A stretch of DNA of 34,912 nt, taken from the NCBI GenBank assembly GCA_009602735.1, contig WELA01001441.1, forward strand, positions 1 to 34,912, read 5' to 3'. This document shows positions 34,251 to 34,912 of the stretch, in pieces (the stretch's first letter is position 1; every line of letters begins with the position of its first letter). This DNA is from Mesotaenium endlicherianum. Lineage: Eukaryota. Under the pieces are notes generated by a model. The model did no database searches, had not been told where the DNA came from, and worked only from the letters and a program-made list of their open reading frames with translations. Position numbers and translations under genes: made by a program.

Positions 34251-34912
34251 ACATTTGAGCCCAGCCCCACTACTAGTATGTGTCGTGCTACCGCATTCGG
34301 GTATAAGCTCAAGGGAGGGGTCTGGGTGACTGAAACCACTTCAGGCAGGCTGAAGCTGGTCATTCCTAATAAATTGGAAATAAGGTCTCTCTTACTGAGT
34401 CAAGCTCATGACAGTCTCCTGGGTGGACATTTGGGGCAGGCCAAAACTGTTGGCAAACTGGCAAAACATTATCATTGGGAGGGGTTACCCCGGGAGGTCT
34501 TGAAATATGTCAAGTCCTGTGACCAGTGTCAGAGAAATAAGTCTCGGCACACACCACCCGGAGGTCTCTTGCAACCGCTACCCATCCCAGCGGGACGCTG
34601 GGAAACTATATCCATGGACTGGGTGGTCTCACTACCAAGAATTGCCAACGGGCATGATTCAATATTGGTAGTCGTGGATAAACTGACAAAAATGGTCATT
34701 TTTATCCCCACAACTGTCAAAGTGACTGCACTCGAAACAGCGAGATAGTTTTACAACCATGTAGTATGCCAACATGGGCTCCCTTCTAATATCATCTCTG
34801 ACAAAGACTCAAAATTCACCTCTAAGTTCTGGAGAGCTTTCATGGGGTTAATGGGAGTCAAGCAGCTGCTCAGCACAGCAAACCACCCTCAGACTGATGG
34901 GCAGACTGAAAG
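34251..34912 (+). mobile_element. Second, slightly diverged copy of the integrase region 32483-33144 (runs off the window; stop at 34746)
   Basis: Colinear direct repeat at offset 1768 with scattered substitutions. Confidence 0.93.

Overview
Eukaryotic chromosome end from a green plant lineage. A streptophyte alga is inferred from the plant-type telomere, plant-like genes and small GC-rich introns. From the left: (1) a (CCCTAAA)n telomere (1-126) joined directly to a retrotransposon fragment truncated inside gag. (2) Two convergent, intron-rich host genes: a TIGR01777/SDR39U1-family epimerase (GC1/SulA-like, + strand) and an O-GlcNAc transferase (SEC-like, - strand). Most of their introns have C-rich 5' ends and G-rich 3' ends instead of a polypyrimidine tract. 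(3) A nest of Ty3/Gypsy elements. The oldest (~11.7-27.9 kb) is a decayed polyprotein Gag(2 Zn knuckles)-protease-C5 cytosine DNA methyltransferase-long spacer-RT-RNaseH-integrase-PHD finger. A chromovirus with 503-bp LTRs and a GCACC target-site duplication sits in its gag. A second chromovirus, with a clear -1 frameshift signal, sits at its 3' end and is followed by a second copy of that element's integrase region. Several N gaps limit certainty.
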